Positions 49,653-60,526 of a DNA stretch of 64,000 bases are shown here, piece after piece (the first letter of the stretch is position 1; each line of letters begins with the position of its first letter). The stretch lies in assembly GCA_963921275.4 (NCBI GenBank), contig OZ001293.3, positions 5,888,001-5,952,000 on the forward strand. The letters are read 5' to 3'. This DNA comes from an uncultured Hormoscilla sp. Its GTDB lineage: Bacteria > Cyanobacteriota > Cyanobacteriia > Cyanobacteriales > Desertifilaceae. Made by a program: the position numbers and the translations under genes. The notes below the pieces were generated by a model. The model was not told where the DNA came from. It did no database searches and worked only from the letters and a program-made list of their open reading frames with translations.

Positions 49653-50189
49653 TTATGCTGCCCACCGCGCTGACCACAGCAGTACCACTTGGTTTAGCAA
49701 CCGCAGATATTTACCATTCTCTTTGTCTATCAACCATTCACCCAAGAGGAATGGTTCCATAGTATCCTGTACATTTGTTGGTCTTTGTAGTTCATCTACA
49801 TCCAGCCAGACCAATCCCACTATGTTGTCAACTGCTAATCCCAGCATCGTGTCTTGATCTTCGACTGCAATCACCGGAATGTCTGGTCTATCAGTATTTA
49901 ATGGCTCTTCATCTCCTAAAAACTTACCTAGGTCCGCCACCCAAATCACCCGGCCTCGTATGTTTATGGTACCCAATAGCAAGGGAGAAACGTTAGGTAT
50001 CGCCGTAATCATGTCTGGTGACTGAGACAGCACTTCCCGAATGCCAATCGCATTTAGGGCCAACTCCGATCCCGAAGGTACGTAAAACCTTAAATGTAAC
50101 TCTCCCTCTGGATTTTCCAGTTCCTCGAATGCCAGCGCTTGTCCTTTTTCTGCATCAGCACCCGTTAAAAAGTCAGGATTTCCTATCAT
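49653..50189 (-). CDS. CheW (PilI/HmpC-like)
   Basis: IPNVSPLLLGTINIRGRVIWVADL, MLGLAVD. Confidence 0.93.
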   Translation of the reverse strand: MIGNPDFLTGADAEKGQALAFEELENPEGELHLRFYVPSGSELALNAIGIREVLSQSPDMITAIPNVSPLLLGTINIRGRVIWVADLGKFLGDEEPLNTDRPDIPVIAVEDQDTMLGLAVDNIVGLVWLDVDELQRPTNVQDTMEPFLLGEWLIDKENGKYLRLLNQVVLLWSARWAA

Positions 50190-50934
50190 TGCCTCCTTAG
50201 TTGTTAGTTTTTAGTTGTTAGTTGTTAGTTTTTAGTTGCTCCCGACAGGCGTCTGGCTGTCTGTCTGTCGCCTAGAGAGTCGGTCCATTAATAAAAATTG
50301 ACAAATTTCGGCACATCCGAAGCGTCTAATTAAAAGGAGCGCATGAAACCCTCACCCAGCAAGGGATATAGCCAGGTGTTGCCTAAATTTCCGCGCATAC
50401 CTACTCTGTAATGGTTTCAGCAGTTTTATTAATCAAACTGAACCAGTGGCCAAATTTCAACTACTGTGCATAGACAGAAAATCGATCTTATTTCGGACTG
50501 TGTATCTTTACATATATTATACTATATTAAATAACCCATGTCAAGATACACAGCGGGAGCATTTCATAAGCCAAGGTATTACAAGCAGCTTTCATGTAAT
50601 ACAAAAGGGAATTGAAAATAACTCCGAACTCCGTTACGAAGTGCTCTCAGCGCTACTCCGAACTCTGAACTCTTACTGTACCGACGCTTTAGGACAGGCG
50701 TCTGGCCTGTCACTCAGTTATTAGTTGTTAGTTACTGGACAACGATGGCGTGAGCACTCTCTTTATAGATGGAACCGACTTTGACCCCAGTTGTCGCCCC
50801 TCACCGGAGCACCCAATGCTGACCCCAATCACCAGTCACCATTCGATGGCGGTCACCGGTCGATGGCGGTCGATGGCGGTCGATGGCGGTTATCATTATT
50901 CTAACCGCTAACCACTAACCACCTACGAGAATCA

Positions 50935-51300
50935 CTACCCTCGTAGTAGTTGTTTCACCGTTCCCACCAGCTCCGTCGGCTGAAACGGTTTAGCAATGTA
51001 GGCATCTGCCCCTTGCTTCATTCCCCAGTAGTGATCGAATTCTTCTCCTTTGGAAGAGCACATTACCACCGGTACATTCTCGGTTTTTGGGTCTGCCTTC
51101 AGACGACGGCAGACTTCATAACCATTCATTCGCGGCATGACAATATCCAATACCACTAAATCCGGGCTCAGGGATTGGATTTTCTCCAATGCTTCTAACC
51201 CATCACTTGCTTTTTCTACATTTAAGCCCCTTCCCTTCAAGAGGTCTGCGATCATCTCCCGTTGGGCTACACTATCTTCAACCACTAGAACAGTACTCAT
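50935..51300 (-). CDS. CheY-like response regulator (PilH/HmpB-like)
   Basis: VLVVEDS, DIVMPRMNG, AYIAKPF. Confidence 0.95.
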   Translation of the reverse strand: MSTVLVVEDSVAQREMIADLLKGRGLNVEKASDGLEALEKIQSLSPDLVVLDIVMPRMNGYEVCRRLKADPKTENVPVVMCSSKGEEFDHYWGMKQGADAYIAKPFQPTELVGTVKQLLRG

Positions 51301-51411
51301 AACTTTCTACCTGCTAACTGCACCGCCTGCCACTACGGGTTCTTACTGATTTTAATTCACCCCTGTTTTGTCTCATCTGTTCAACACTTTCTAATTTAGC
51401 TAAAATATCCA

Positions 51412-52686
51412 CTAGGGCGCTGTCTCAATTGAGCCAATCTCCAGTTCGTCGTCCGACCCTAGGAGGGCATCATCTAGCGGTCTCGAAGCTAACGGACCCG
51501 GCGCGTCCGACGGGCCGCTGCCCAGATATATTTCTAATATTGTCAATAGTTCACCTGTTCCAAAGGGTTTTGTCAGGTAGTCCGTCGCTCCCACCATCCG
51601 GGCTTTTACTCGGTCAATAAATCCATCTAAGCCGGTCAGCATCACGATCGGAGTCTGCCGAAATAGCGTCGAGCGCCGGAGCATTGCACATATTTCGTAG
51701 CCATCTAGTTCGGGCATCGCAATGTCACAAAGGATTAAGTCCGGTTTGAGTTTGAACACCAGACTCAGTGCCTTGATGGGATTGCAAATCGAGGCTACTT
51801 CGTAACCTTGCTGCTTGAGGATGGACTCTACTGCCTTACAAATGGCAAGGCCATCATCAATACAAACAATGCGGGGGATATGAGCTGACTGGTGAGGCCA
51901 TGCATGCTTTCCCTCTGTGGGTTCGCCATCCGAGGGGTAAACCAGTTGTACCGACCCCTCTTTTATATAAGGATAAAGTACCTTGGCCAATGTTAAGACA
52001 TCTCCATTTAAGTAACGGGCTATTTGCCGCATGGAACTTTTGCCGTCTGCCCAAGTCCGGATGATTCTGTAGTTATTTTTGCTCATTTTTGAGCTCAATT
52101 GGGTATGATTGGCAATCACTGGACATTGGTTAGGGGACTGGATGTGGGGATTAAACTGCATCCACTCCTGCATCTGGTGCATAATTTTTGTTACCAGGGA
52201 GCGTATGTCCAGGGTTGTTAGCTATGGGGCCAAAGCTGGTCCTACTTCAAAGATGAAAGAACCTTGGTACAGCGAGAGCAGGTCAAATAGGGTTTCATGC
52301 ACCATATTCCCAATTATGGTCCGCCCTTGAGCTGGCGTTAGGTAGTGATTTTCCAGCATTGCCCACAGGTATCCGTACTCTAGCGCATTGATGGAGGAGA
52401 TAGATGGGGCCTCTATCAGGTCCCCCACGGCATCTTTTTTGTAGTAACGCATGTAGTCCCGTAAACGGAACAAATTGCTATCTTTATCTGCTGCTGCATA
52501 GATGATTTTACCGTTGAGAAAAAATACAAACCATGATTGTTCTGTCAACAAACGGGAACTGCGGTCACTGACTGATACATCTGGTCCCGAGACATACGCC
52601 TCTACAAACAACTCTCCTGTTCGCTGTCCCAACTCTATCAGTTGCAAGATGCTACGGATATCAATTTCGCTCAACTGTCCCTGCAT
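51412..52686 (-). pseudogene. PatA-type response regulator (PilG/HmpA-like) with an in-frame TAG
   Basis: MQGQLSEIDIRSILQLIELGQRTGEL..ALAP*LTTLDI..REC domain; the same frame continues across the stop at 52222-52224. Confidence 0.9.
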
Positions 52687-53994
52687 GCAGATCCTGATGC
52701 TTTTTTAAACTAGATTTTGTTTCCGCGATGTCTCCGTATCGGTGCTCTGCGTAGTGCGAATAGAGCGCAGAGCACATCGGGAGTAGTGCGAGTACGATGG
52801 AGGTAGTACGAATAGCGCGTCCCCTGGAGGGGGGACATGGAGCGACTCGGAGACATCGAAGCGCGGCCAGCGCTATATTCTAATTCCCGATCGAGATCGT
52901 GGTAATAGTACTTCTGGTGTATTCTTGGCTTATTTGTCCGTCGAACGCCGGTTCAAATCGAAATCCGCCACACAGATATCTACTTTGAGCGGTCAACTGC
53001 TCGGCTGATAGCTATTAGCTTATAGCTGCGAAAGGTTTGAGCTTTTGGCCCAAGTGCAAGTATAGCAGCGACGCTAAACCAGAGCCCGGTCTCGTCCGAA
53101 GCACCCTAGTTGTCCTCGATGTCTCCGGAGAGCGCTAAAAGCACTACTCCGGAGACATCGAAGCGGCGCGGCGGTCGCTATGATTGAGGCTCAACTATTT
53201 GCCTATTATACCCGGTTTAGAGTTAACTTGCGATATGATTGTCATCAGTCTCCCTTGTCGGTGGAATTTATCAGTCAGGCTTAACTGGGTGGAACTCATG
53301 AGCGATCGCCCTGTTCGGGGTCATCGTCGCGTCAGGTTAGTATAATTCCATATAGTAGTGAACATGGGCGATAAGCAGGCCAACACAAATAAACGGGAGC
53401 ATGTAGGACTGCGCTGATACCATGCCAGTTGACAATTGTCAATTTTGAATTTTCAGCACTATCCCCGTCCAGAGGTAATTGTCTAAGAGCAAAAATATTT
53501 ATTGACTGCGACATGCTCCCTAAGTCAAATTCACGATGCGGGTTGGCAAACCATAGTAAAAATACTGAAAAAGGAGTTCGATGTCTCCGGAGAGCGCTAA
53601 AAGCACTACTCCGGAGACATCGAGGGATGGTTTGGGATTAGCATAGAGATGAAATTGCCACTAGATGAGAGTGTAAAGTATTGTCAAAGGTGGCCAGGAA
53701 GGAGACAGAGGATGAGGAAAAAGGGATTTACATAAAAGTGGGTAAAAGGGACGGGAATAAACTATTATAGAAATGGGTGTTGCACATAGATGGTATGATG
53801 GATGCGCTAATTGCTAATTGCGTTCCCGTCCCCAGGGTTGACAGAGTTCGGGCACTGGCGAGGCTAATTGCAGCTTGACCATTAGCAATTAGCAATAATT
53901 ATTCGCGCTCAAGTAGTTGAATACCAAAATAGTGAACCCAGTCAAAATGTAAAGTCAGACAAGCGTACAGGGAATTATAAAGAGGAAGAACGGC

Positions 53995-55581
53995 GTGCTG
54001 TATCTAGCAGAAGTACAAAAAAAGGTTGGGACTTTTGGTGTAGGTGCGAAAGCGGAATTGAAACTGCTGGCTAGTCAGCGTGGCGAGCAAAATTGGAAAG
54101 CAGAGAAGGAGGAAGTGGTTGCTACTGAAGAGGCGAAAAATTTTGAAGATGGAGAACTGGTGCTGGTAGAACTATCGGCGAGTAAACAGGTGCAGCGACC
54201 TCCACAAAAGGCAGGGCGTCCTTTGGTGGCAATTCTGCAAAATTTCTCGAAATTGCAGGAAAAGTTTAAGAACCAAGAAGAAGAAATAGAGACTTGGAAA
54301 CAGTCTCTGACTTATCAAGCTCAGGAGTTGAATCGCCGAGAAATGGAAATGCAAGCTCGGCAAGAACAACTGGAGGCGTTGGAGGAAGAGTCGGAAAAGA
54401 TAGAGGAACAAGCGTCCGTGCTGGATGAAGAGCAAAGTGGTAAAATTCAGGAGATATTGGACCGCTTATCGGGGACGATCGCCCCTACGGAGTCGGTGCG
54501 TTCCGAACTAAATCAGGCTTTTGAACTGGTTTCCTCTCAGCAGGGAAATCTAGATCGCCACTGGCAACGGCTGGAGCAACAACGCTCTGAGGGGGACCAA
54601 CTACAAGCAGAAGTTGACAGGATGACCGCAGATCTGGAAAATAGAAGGCAACAGTGGCAAGAAGCTTGCTTAGCTCTAGAACAGGCGAACTCGGAGTTGA
54701 AAACGCAGCAGAAAGCTTTGACTCTGAAGCAAGAATATGCCTCAGCATTGGGACTAAATCTGAAAACTACCGAAGAGTTATATCAACAAATTAATCAGCT
54801 GGCGGAGTCGGCGGGTCAAGTTATTGTCTCTGTAGATATCGAAGCTCTGGAAAAGATGCCGATAGAAGAGCTGCAAGGAAGAGTAGCAGATTTACAACGA
54901 GATCTAGATAAAGCATCAGGCTTTGTCAAAGACCAGGAGGAAGAGCTGCAATACCAATTACAGGCAATTGAGGATCTCAAACAGAAGATCGGGCAAGCTA
55001 GTGAGTACGATCGCCTGACTCTGGAAACGGAAATCTCGGGTGAGGAGGAAAGCTATCGGTACTTGAATGAATTCCTGGTAGGTTCCCGCCGGAATCTCCG
55101 AGAACGAGAAGAGATTTTCAATCAGCATGAAGCGGTGCTGAAACGCCGCCAGAGATATCCGGTGGATCCGGGAAAAGGCGCACAGATTAATCTGGGACCA
55201 GTGCTGGAACAGTTGGAGACTCAGCGACAAGCACAGACGGCGGAATTGCAAAAGTTGGAAAGGGAAATTACTCAGATGCGGGAGGCCATTGGCCAAGCAG
55301 AAAGTTTGATTAACACTCAGATGAGCGAACAAGAGGCCAAAGGCAATGAAATAAAAGAATTGGAGCTTAATTGCCAAGCACAGCGGACCTCGGCGGCAGA
55401 AGTTAGGGCTAAGGTGCATCTATATCAAGAAACTCTACAGCCTATTCAGGACCAGCTCAATGGCCTGCGCTCAAAACTGGAGGCAATTGCTGAGGCCCTC
55501 AACCGGGTGCAGGAAACGGGTGACTATCAACTTCAGGCGATCACGGAAATGCAGCAAACTATTACCAGTCTGACTAATTAG
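53995..55581 (+). CDS. hmpF: Pilus motility/taxis coiled-coil protein HmpF
   Basis: (M)LYLAEVQK..ELKLLA..WKQSLTYQAQELNRREME; divergent from the hmp/pil cluster and followed by tilS. Confidence 0.85.
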   Translation: MLYLAEVQKKVGTFGVGAKAELKLLASQRGEQNWKAEKEEVVATEEAKNFEDGELVLVELSASKQVQRPPQKAGRPLVAILQNFSKLQEKFKNQEEEIETWKQSLTYQAQELNRREMEMQARQEQLEALEEESEKIEEQASVLDEEQSGKIQEILDRLSGTIAPTESVRSELNQAFELVSSQQGNLDRHWQRLEQQRSEGDQLQAEVDRMTADLENRRQQWQEACLALEQANSELKTQQKALTLKQEYASALGLNLKTTEELYQQINQLAESAGQVIVSVDIEALEKMPIEELQGRVADLQRDLDKASGFVKDQEEELQYQLQAIEDLKQKIGQASEYDRLTLETEISGEEESYRYLNEFLVGSRRNLREREEIFNQHEAVLKRRQRYPVDPGKGAQINLGPVLEQLETQRQAQTAELQKLEREITQMREAIGQAESLINTQMSEQEAKGNEIKELELNCQAQRTSAAEVRAKVHLYQETLQPIQDQLNGLRSKLEAIAEALNRVQETGDYQLQAITEMQQTITSLTN

Positions 55582-55589
55582 CGGCCAGA

Positions 55590-56582
55590 TCAATTCAGGT
55601 TCTGGTCTGAGGTTAGCCAGATCCAGGGGTCTTCTACAAGGGCGATCGCCCCCCCGGGAAAAGGATCGGTGTTCGACCGGTTGGGGGCAGATATCAGGGT
55701 GCGAACTTTCTCTATCTGGTCAAAGCGAGGACAGCGGGATAGGGCCATTGTCAAAAATTGTCGCAGTACGCGGCGCTGGAGGGCCACGGGTACTACACGC
55801 AATATCCGACGATTTAAGCCTGGTTGGCTGGGATGTTGAGCTTCCTCTCGGATCTTGGTGGCTGTCTCCTCTAGATACTCTACTTCGGCTTGCAGCAATT
55901 CTGCTGTCTTTGCCAAATTTTCTTCTGCTTTAGGGTTGACATATTGCTGTAAATATGGGATAATTTCCAGGCGCAGGCGATTGCGGGCATATTTCAAATT
56001 TTGGTTGGTGGAGTCTTCCCAGATGGTCAGGTGGAACTGGTGGCAAAATGCGCCAGTTTGAGTGCGGGTGATTTCTAGCAGGGGACGGACTAGCTGGATG
56101 CCAGCATCAAGGGGGCGTTTCCAGGTTAAGGCTTGTAAACCGTCGGCACCGCTACCGCGAATCAGGTTGTATAGCAGGGTTTCGGCCCGATCGCTGGCTG
56201 TGTGTCCGGTGACGATGTACTCCTGGCCCTCTTGACGGGCGATCGCACTCAGGGCCAGATAGCGCCACTGCCTGGCTGCGGCCTCGCTGTTTAATGGCTC
56301 TGTTGCTGTCTGTTGGTAATATGGGATCCCCCAAGTTTGGGCCAGTTGTTCTACGTGCTGGGCGTTGGTCTGGGAGTCGGAACGCCAGCGATGATCGCAG
56401 TGGGCGATCGCCAGTTCCCACCCCCACTTCGACTGTAAGTCTAGCAGTAATTTTATCAAGCACAAAGAGTCTTGTCCGCCAGATACTGCCACGAGGATGG
56501 GCCTGTTTTTGGGCAGGAGTTGGCGCGATCGCAATGTCCGATGTAGCTGGGCGTGGAGTTCTGTCCAATCGTGCTTTACCAT
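55590..56582 (-). CDS. tilS: tRNA(Ile)-lysidine synthetase
   Basis: AVSGGQDS, GHTASDRAET, RPLL, WEDSTN..RNRLR. Confidence 0.96.
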   Translation of the reverse strand: MVKHDWTELHAQLHRTLRSRQLLPKNRPILVAVSGGQDSLCLIKLLLDLQSKWGWELAIAHCDHRWRSDSQTNAQHVEQLAQTWGIPYYQQTATEPLNSEAAARQWRYLALSAIARQEGQEYIVTGHTASDRAETLLYNLIRGSGADGLQALTWKRPLDAGIQLVRPLLEITRTQTGAFCHQFHLTIWEDSTNQNLKYARNRLRLEIIPYLQQYVNPKAEENLAKTAELLQAEVEYLEETATKIREEAQHPSQPGLNRRILRVVPVALQRRVLRQFLTMALSRCPRFDQIEKVRTLISAPNRSNTDPFPGGAIALVEDPWIWLTSDQNLN

Positions 56583-56761
56583 ATTCTACCGTTCGTAGTA
56601 AGCACTTTAGTGCTTCCGTCACTTCGCTGTCAGCCCGCTTTCGCTATCTCGTGGGTAGTGCGAGTAGCGCTCCCACGAGATAGCGAGGGTTCAAACCCCC
56701 TGCTAATAGCTCAAGAGAGAATAATGATTAAACTATTTATAGCATTCTTTTGACAAACTCG

Positions 56762-56992
56762 CTATTCTTCCTCCAGTCCCTCCAAAACCACATCCTCATA
56801 AAGCATCTCGATAGGAAAACTTAAATCGACCGAAGTTAAATTGACCTCATCCCCTTCCCCATAATTATATATTTCCAAAACCCCATTTTTGTTAGGTCGA
56901 AAGCACTCCACCGACATCTCTTCGCCATCTATCAAAACGTATTCTTTGAAAGTAGAAATGCGGCGATAATTTTGAAACTTTTTGCCCCCCAT
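56762..56992 (-). pseudogene. Uma2-family C-terminal fragment
   Basis: KFQNYRRISTFKEYVLID..LYEDV. Confidence 0.75.
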
Positions 56993-57166
56993 AAAGGAGA
57001 CATCAGTAGGAGTTTACTCAGACGAATTTTAATGCCTGCTGGTATTTCTTAAGATGAATGGGAAAATTTGTAGTTGGAGAACGCGATCGCCCTTGTTGGC
57101 AGTGGCTGCGATCGCCTTTCCTCAAGTTTTAGCATCGGGATCATCCCATTTCTCTCCCCTACTCCC

Positions 57167-57901
57167 CTAGGCCTTCATCTGTGAAATAATCTGCAAACTC
57201 ATTTCGCTAGATAACTCCCATTGCCGATTTTCAAGAGCGACTTTCTGTAAAAATATCAGATAGTTCGGCTTGCAAATACAGGGGTTCGGCTTCGGCGTAT
57301 CGTCCTTGGGACTTGTAGAGTCCTGCCAGGCCGTTGAGACTTTTGGCCACATCGGGATGTGCGGACCCCAGCAGTTGCTTTCTCATCTCCAAGGCTTCTT
57401 TATACAGGGGTTCGGCTTCGGCGTATCGTCCTTGGGACTTGTAGAGTCCTGCCAGGTTGTTGAGAATGGTGGCCACATGAGGATGTGCGGACCCCAGCCG
57501 TTGCTTATACATCTCCAAGGCTTCTTTATACAGGGGTTCGGCTTCGGCGTATCGCCCTTGGTCCGAGTAGAGTCCTGCCAGGTTGTTGAGACTTTGGGCC
57601 ACATGGGGATGTGCGGACCCTAGCAGTTGCTTTTGGATCTCCAAGGCTTCCTTATACAGGGGTTCGGCTATGCGCTGCGCGCACGCTGCGCGGACGGCGT
57701 ATCATCCTTGGGAGTAGTAAAGTAAGCCAGGTTGTTGAGACTGGTGGCCACATGGGGATGTGCGGACCCCAGCAGTTGCTTTCTCATTTCCAAGGCTTCG
57801 GTAAGCAGGGGTTCGGCTTCGGCGTATCGCCCTTGGGAGTAGTAGAGTTCTGCCATGTCGTTGAGACTGGCCGTATAATCATTCGACTGTTCGTTTGTCA
57901 T
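57167..57901 (-). pseudogene. Kinesin-light-chain-type TPR protein, frameshifted
   Basis: 42-aa repeats HPxVAxSLNNLAxLYxSQGRYAEAEPLY, with frameshifts, a CGA>TGA change and a 24-nt insert. Confidence 0.88.
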
Positions 57902-58193
57902 ATCGTTCCTCTTTTGTAAATTTGTTAAGCATTATATGATTGCGCTTCAACGAGGGCTAGTCCCTCTTCACCTCTGCGAATCCTTCGACGGTTCGTTTGT
58001 CATATCGTTCCTTCTTTGTAGATTTGTTAAGCATTATATGATTACGCTTCAACGAGCGCTGGTTCCTCTTAACTTTGACCTGTCCGATCGGTGACGAGCC
58101 TAAGTCTCTCTTAACACCGGTCTGTCCTCATGGTCTAACTTGAACCCTCGTCATGGGTGGCCGGGGAGAATGAAACAGACATGTTGGCCTCTT

Positions 58194-58382
58194 GAGAGGT
58201 TTAAAACCTCAACTGAGAGGTTTAAAACCTCAACTGAGAGGTTTAAAACCTCAACCGAGAGGTCTAAAACCTCAACCGAGAGGTCTAAAACCTCAACCGA
58301 GAGGTTTAAAACCCCAATTGAGAGGTTTAAACCCCCAACCGAGAGATTTTCAACCCCAACCGAGAGGTCCAAAACCAGAACA
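58194..58382. repeat. 21-bp tandem array, 9 units
   Basis: Consensus GAGAGGTTTAAAACCTCAAC(C/T) with an internal GAGGTTT-A-AAACCTC palindrome. Confidence 0.95.
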
Positions 58383-58438
58383 GTGAGGCATGGGTTTGTA
58401 GATAGGTGCCGGTTGAGGTCAAAGTACCCTCCCCAGAA

Positions 58439-58921
58439 CTAAGACTCAGGCTGTTGTGACGCCCCACTGCTGGACTTGCGGGCGAACCGACGGGCCATAT
58501 CGTCCACAGCCGCTTCTAACCCCGCATTTCCTTTGGTCGCCTTGGCATAGTTATAAACCTCCAAAGCTGCCATATAAGCCTCGCTTCCTACCACTGCCAC
58601 GGTATCGTCCAGAAGTTCCTGAAGTTGACTTACTGCCAAGACAATGGGATAAAGGGCCTCAAACAGTTCCATATCTTTCCGCATCTCCTCGATATCAAAA
58701 GATCGGGGCAAAAAATCCGGGTTTTGGGTCGCCACTTCCAATGCCTTGACCACAAACCCCCGACTTTTATCTCCCAAACGCGGCAAAGATTTGCTTTCCT
58801 CGGGACTCAACCCGAGCAAAAATGGCAATTTTTCCTTGATTTTAGCGATCGCGGCGAGAACTGCCTGTCGATCTTCAGGCGTTAAACTGGTACTAATTCG
58901 ATTTGCAGTCATCTTGTCCAA
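58439..58921 (-). CDS. Conserved ~160-aa helical protein of unknown function
   Basis: Intact ORF (LPFLLGLSPEE..LGDKS..NPDFLPRSFD..LDDT..GSEAY..VYNYAK) with two paralogous fragments in this window. Confidence 0.85.
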   Translation of the reverse strand: MDKMTANRISTSLTPEDRQAVLAAIAKIKEKLPFLLGLSPEESKSLPRLGDKSRGFVVKALEVATQNPDFLPRSFDIEEMRKDMELFEALYPIVLAVSQLQELLDDTVAVVGSEAYMAALEVYNYAKATKGNAGLEAAVDDMARRFARKSSSGASQQPES

Positions 58922-58954
58922 CTCCGAGGAATGACATCAACTTCTCTATTTTGA

Positions 58955-58986
58955 CCAAGTATATCCTTGGAAAAGGATATACTTGG
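58955..58986. promoter_or_regulatory. Perfect 14-bp inverted repeat upstream of the 160-aa gene
   Basis: CCAAGTATATCCTT-GGAA-AAGGATATACTTGG. Confidence 0.5.
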
Positions 58987-59011
58987 GTGTAGTCTTGCGC
59001 CCGTTGGTGAC

Positions 59012-59159
59012 GGGTGCATCTGCTATGCACGCAAAGGTACATTAATAATACATGTAATGAGCGCCCGCGAAGGCGGGCTTTGTTTGTGTAGCCGGACCCT
59101 TAGCTGCTGCGCAGCAGTTTCCTATTAGGGTTCGGGCGATGCAAATATGAGATGCACCC
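59012..59159. mobile_element. MITE with an internal REP
   Basis: GGGTGCATCT..AGATGCACCC ends. Confidence 0.6.
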
Positions 59160-59231
59160 ACCCTCAATACTTCTCGGTTAACAACTTGTCATTGCGATTT
59201 TATGCGCTGCGTGGGGGGTCGGACCTGCCCG

Positions 59232-59381
59232 AAGCACTTTAGTGCTTACTACGAACCGCCCCAAGCACTTTAGTGCTTACTACGAACCGCCCCAAGCACT
59301 TTAGTGCTTACTACGAACCGCCCCAAGCACTTTAGTGCTTACTACGAACCGCCCCCAGTAAAGTGCTTACTACGAACCGCC
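59232..59381. repeat. 31-bp tandem REP-like repeats (about 5)
   Basis: AAGCACTTTAGTGCTTACTACGAACCGCCCC units with no unique spacers. Confidence 0.9.
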
Positions 59382-59476
59382 CATCGCTTATCGATTAACA
59401 AAACTTAACTTGCCGAACCGACCGGTTCCGTGTTAAATTTAAGTCAACAAGAAATGAAAACCAAGAAAAGAAGGAG

Positions 59477-60415
59477 ATGTCGGTGATGGAAAAACCAACT
59501 AAGAAAAAACCTACATTCATCAGTCCCACAGTCGATTATGCGTTCAAAAAAATATTTGGCTCTGACAGAAGTGAAGATATTCTGCTCAGCTTCTTGAATG
59601 CAATAATATATAAAGGGGAAAACGTCATATCTTCCTTAACAATTACAAATCCTTACAACCCGGGTCAAGTAAAGACATTAAAGGACAGTTACTTGGATGT
59701 GAGAGCGGTACTAAGAAGTGGAGAGATAGTCCTGATAGAAATGCTAGTAGCACGGGTGCAGGCATTTCACAAGCGAGTGACCTACAATATGTGTAAGTCC
59801 TATGCGAATCAGTTGGATGAAGGAGAATTTTACCTGGGGATAGCACCAGTGATAGCAGTGACTGTAACAGATTTTATCCTGTTCAAGGAAAGCAAATTAA
59901 TTCATCATTTTGTGTTCCGAGAAAAAGAAGAAAAGGGGACAGAGTATCCGGAGCATGAATTACAGCTCGTATTTGTGGAATTGCCAAGATTAAAAAAAGA
60001 GTTGAAAGACCTGATGACCTTAACAGATAAATGGATTTATTTCATTAAACATGCGTCAGAATTAACGGAAGTTCCTCCGACTTTGGGAGAGATAGCAGAA
60101 ATAGACAAGGCATTAAAGATAGCAAAGCTAGTTAATATGGAGCCGGAAGAAGCAGAAGCAGTAATAAGTCGTGCAATAAGTTTGCAAGATGAGATAGGAA
60201 AGATTAAGTATGCAAATGAAGAAGGGCGCATTACTGAAGCAGGGACTTTGGTAATGCGCCTGCTTAAAAAGCGATTTGGAGAAATGACAGAGGAAATAAA
60301 TAGCGTCATAGAAAGTTTGTCGCTGTCAGATTTAGAAAGGTTAACAGAGGATATTTTGGATTTTAATAGTCGGGAAGATTTGTTGCATTGGTTGTCGTCA
60401 GCCTCTAAGTATTAG
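59477..60415 (+). CDS. Rpn-family PD-(D/E)XK nuclease/putative transposase with a DUF4351-like tail
   Basis: DYAFKKIFG, YLDVRA..IEM, FVELP, KWIYFIK, RLLKKRFG..LERLTEDILDF. Confidence 0.9.
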   Translation: MSVMEKPTKKKPTFISPTVDYAFKKIFGSDRSEDILLSFLNAIIYKGENVISSLTITNPYNPGQVKTLKDSYLDVRAVLRSGEIVLIEMLVARVQAFHKRVTYNMCKSYANQLDEGEFYLGIAPVIAVTVTDFILFKESKLIHHFVFREKEEKGTEYPEHELQLVFVELPRLKKELKDLMTLTDKWIYFIKHASELTEVPPTLGEIAEIDKALKIAKLVNMEPEEAEAVISRAISLQDEIGKIKYANEEGRITEAGTLVMRLLKKRFGEMTEEINSVIESLSLSDLERLTEDILDFNSREDLLHWLSSASKY

Positions 60416-60526
60416 TTTTTGGGCTCTGGCAAGGACTAGAAACCGGGTTTCTCTGTTCAACCTTGGGTAAAGACTTTTGGATATCGCCCCGGTTTCTTGC
60501 CACAATGCCCATGTTGTGAAATCAGA

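Noticed and set aside
52222..52224. Programmed stop-codon readthrough in the PatA-type regulator
   Set aside because: TAA, TAG and TGA nonsense changes occur in many neighbouring decayed genes, so ordinary pseudogenisation is simpler.
58194..58382. CRISPR or TIGR-like guide array
   Set aside because: There are no spacer segments, only point variants of one 21-mer, and no Cas or Nop-domain gene was recognised.
59232..59381. Possible CRISPR array (31-bp palindromic repeats)
   Set aside because: The units abut with no unique spacers, the same palindrome is dispersed as a REP-like repeat, and there are no cas genes.
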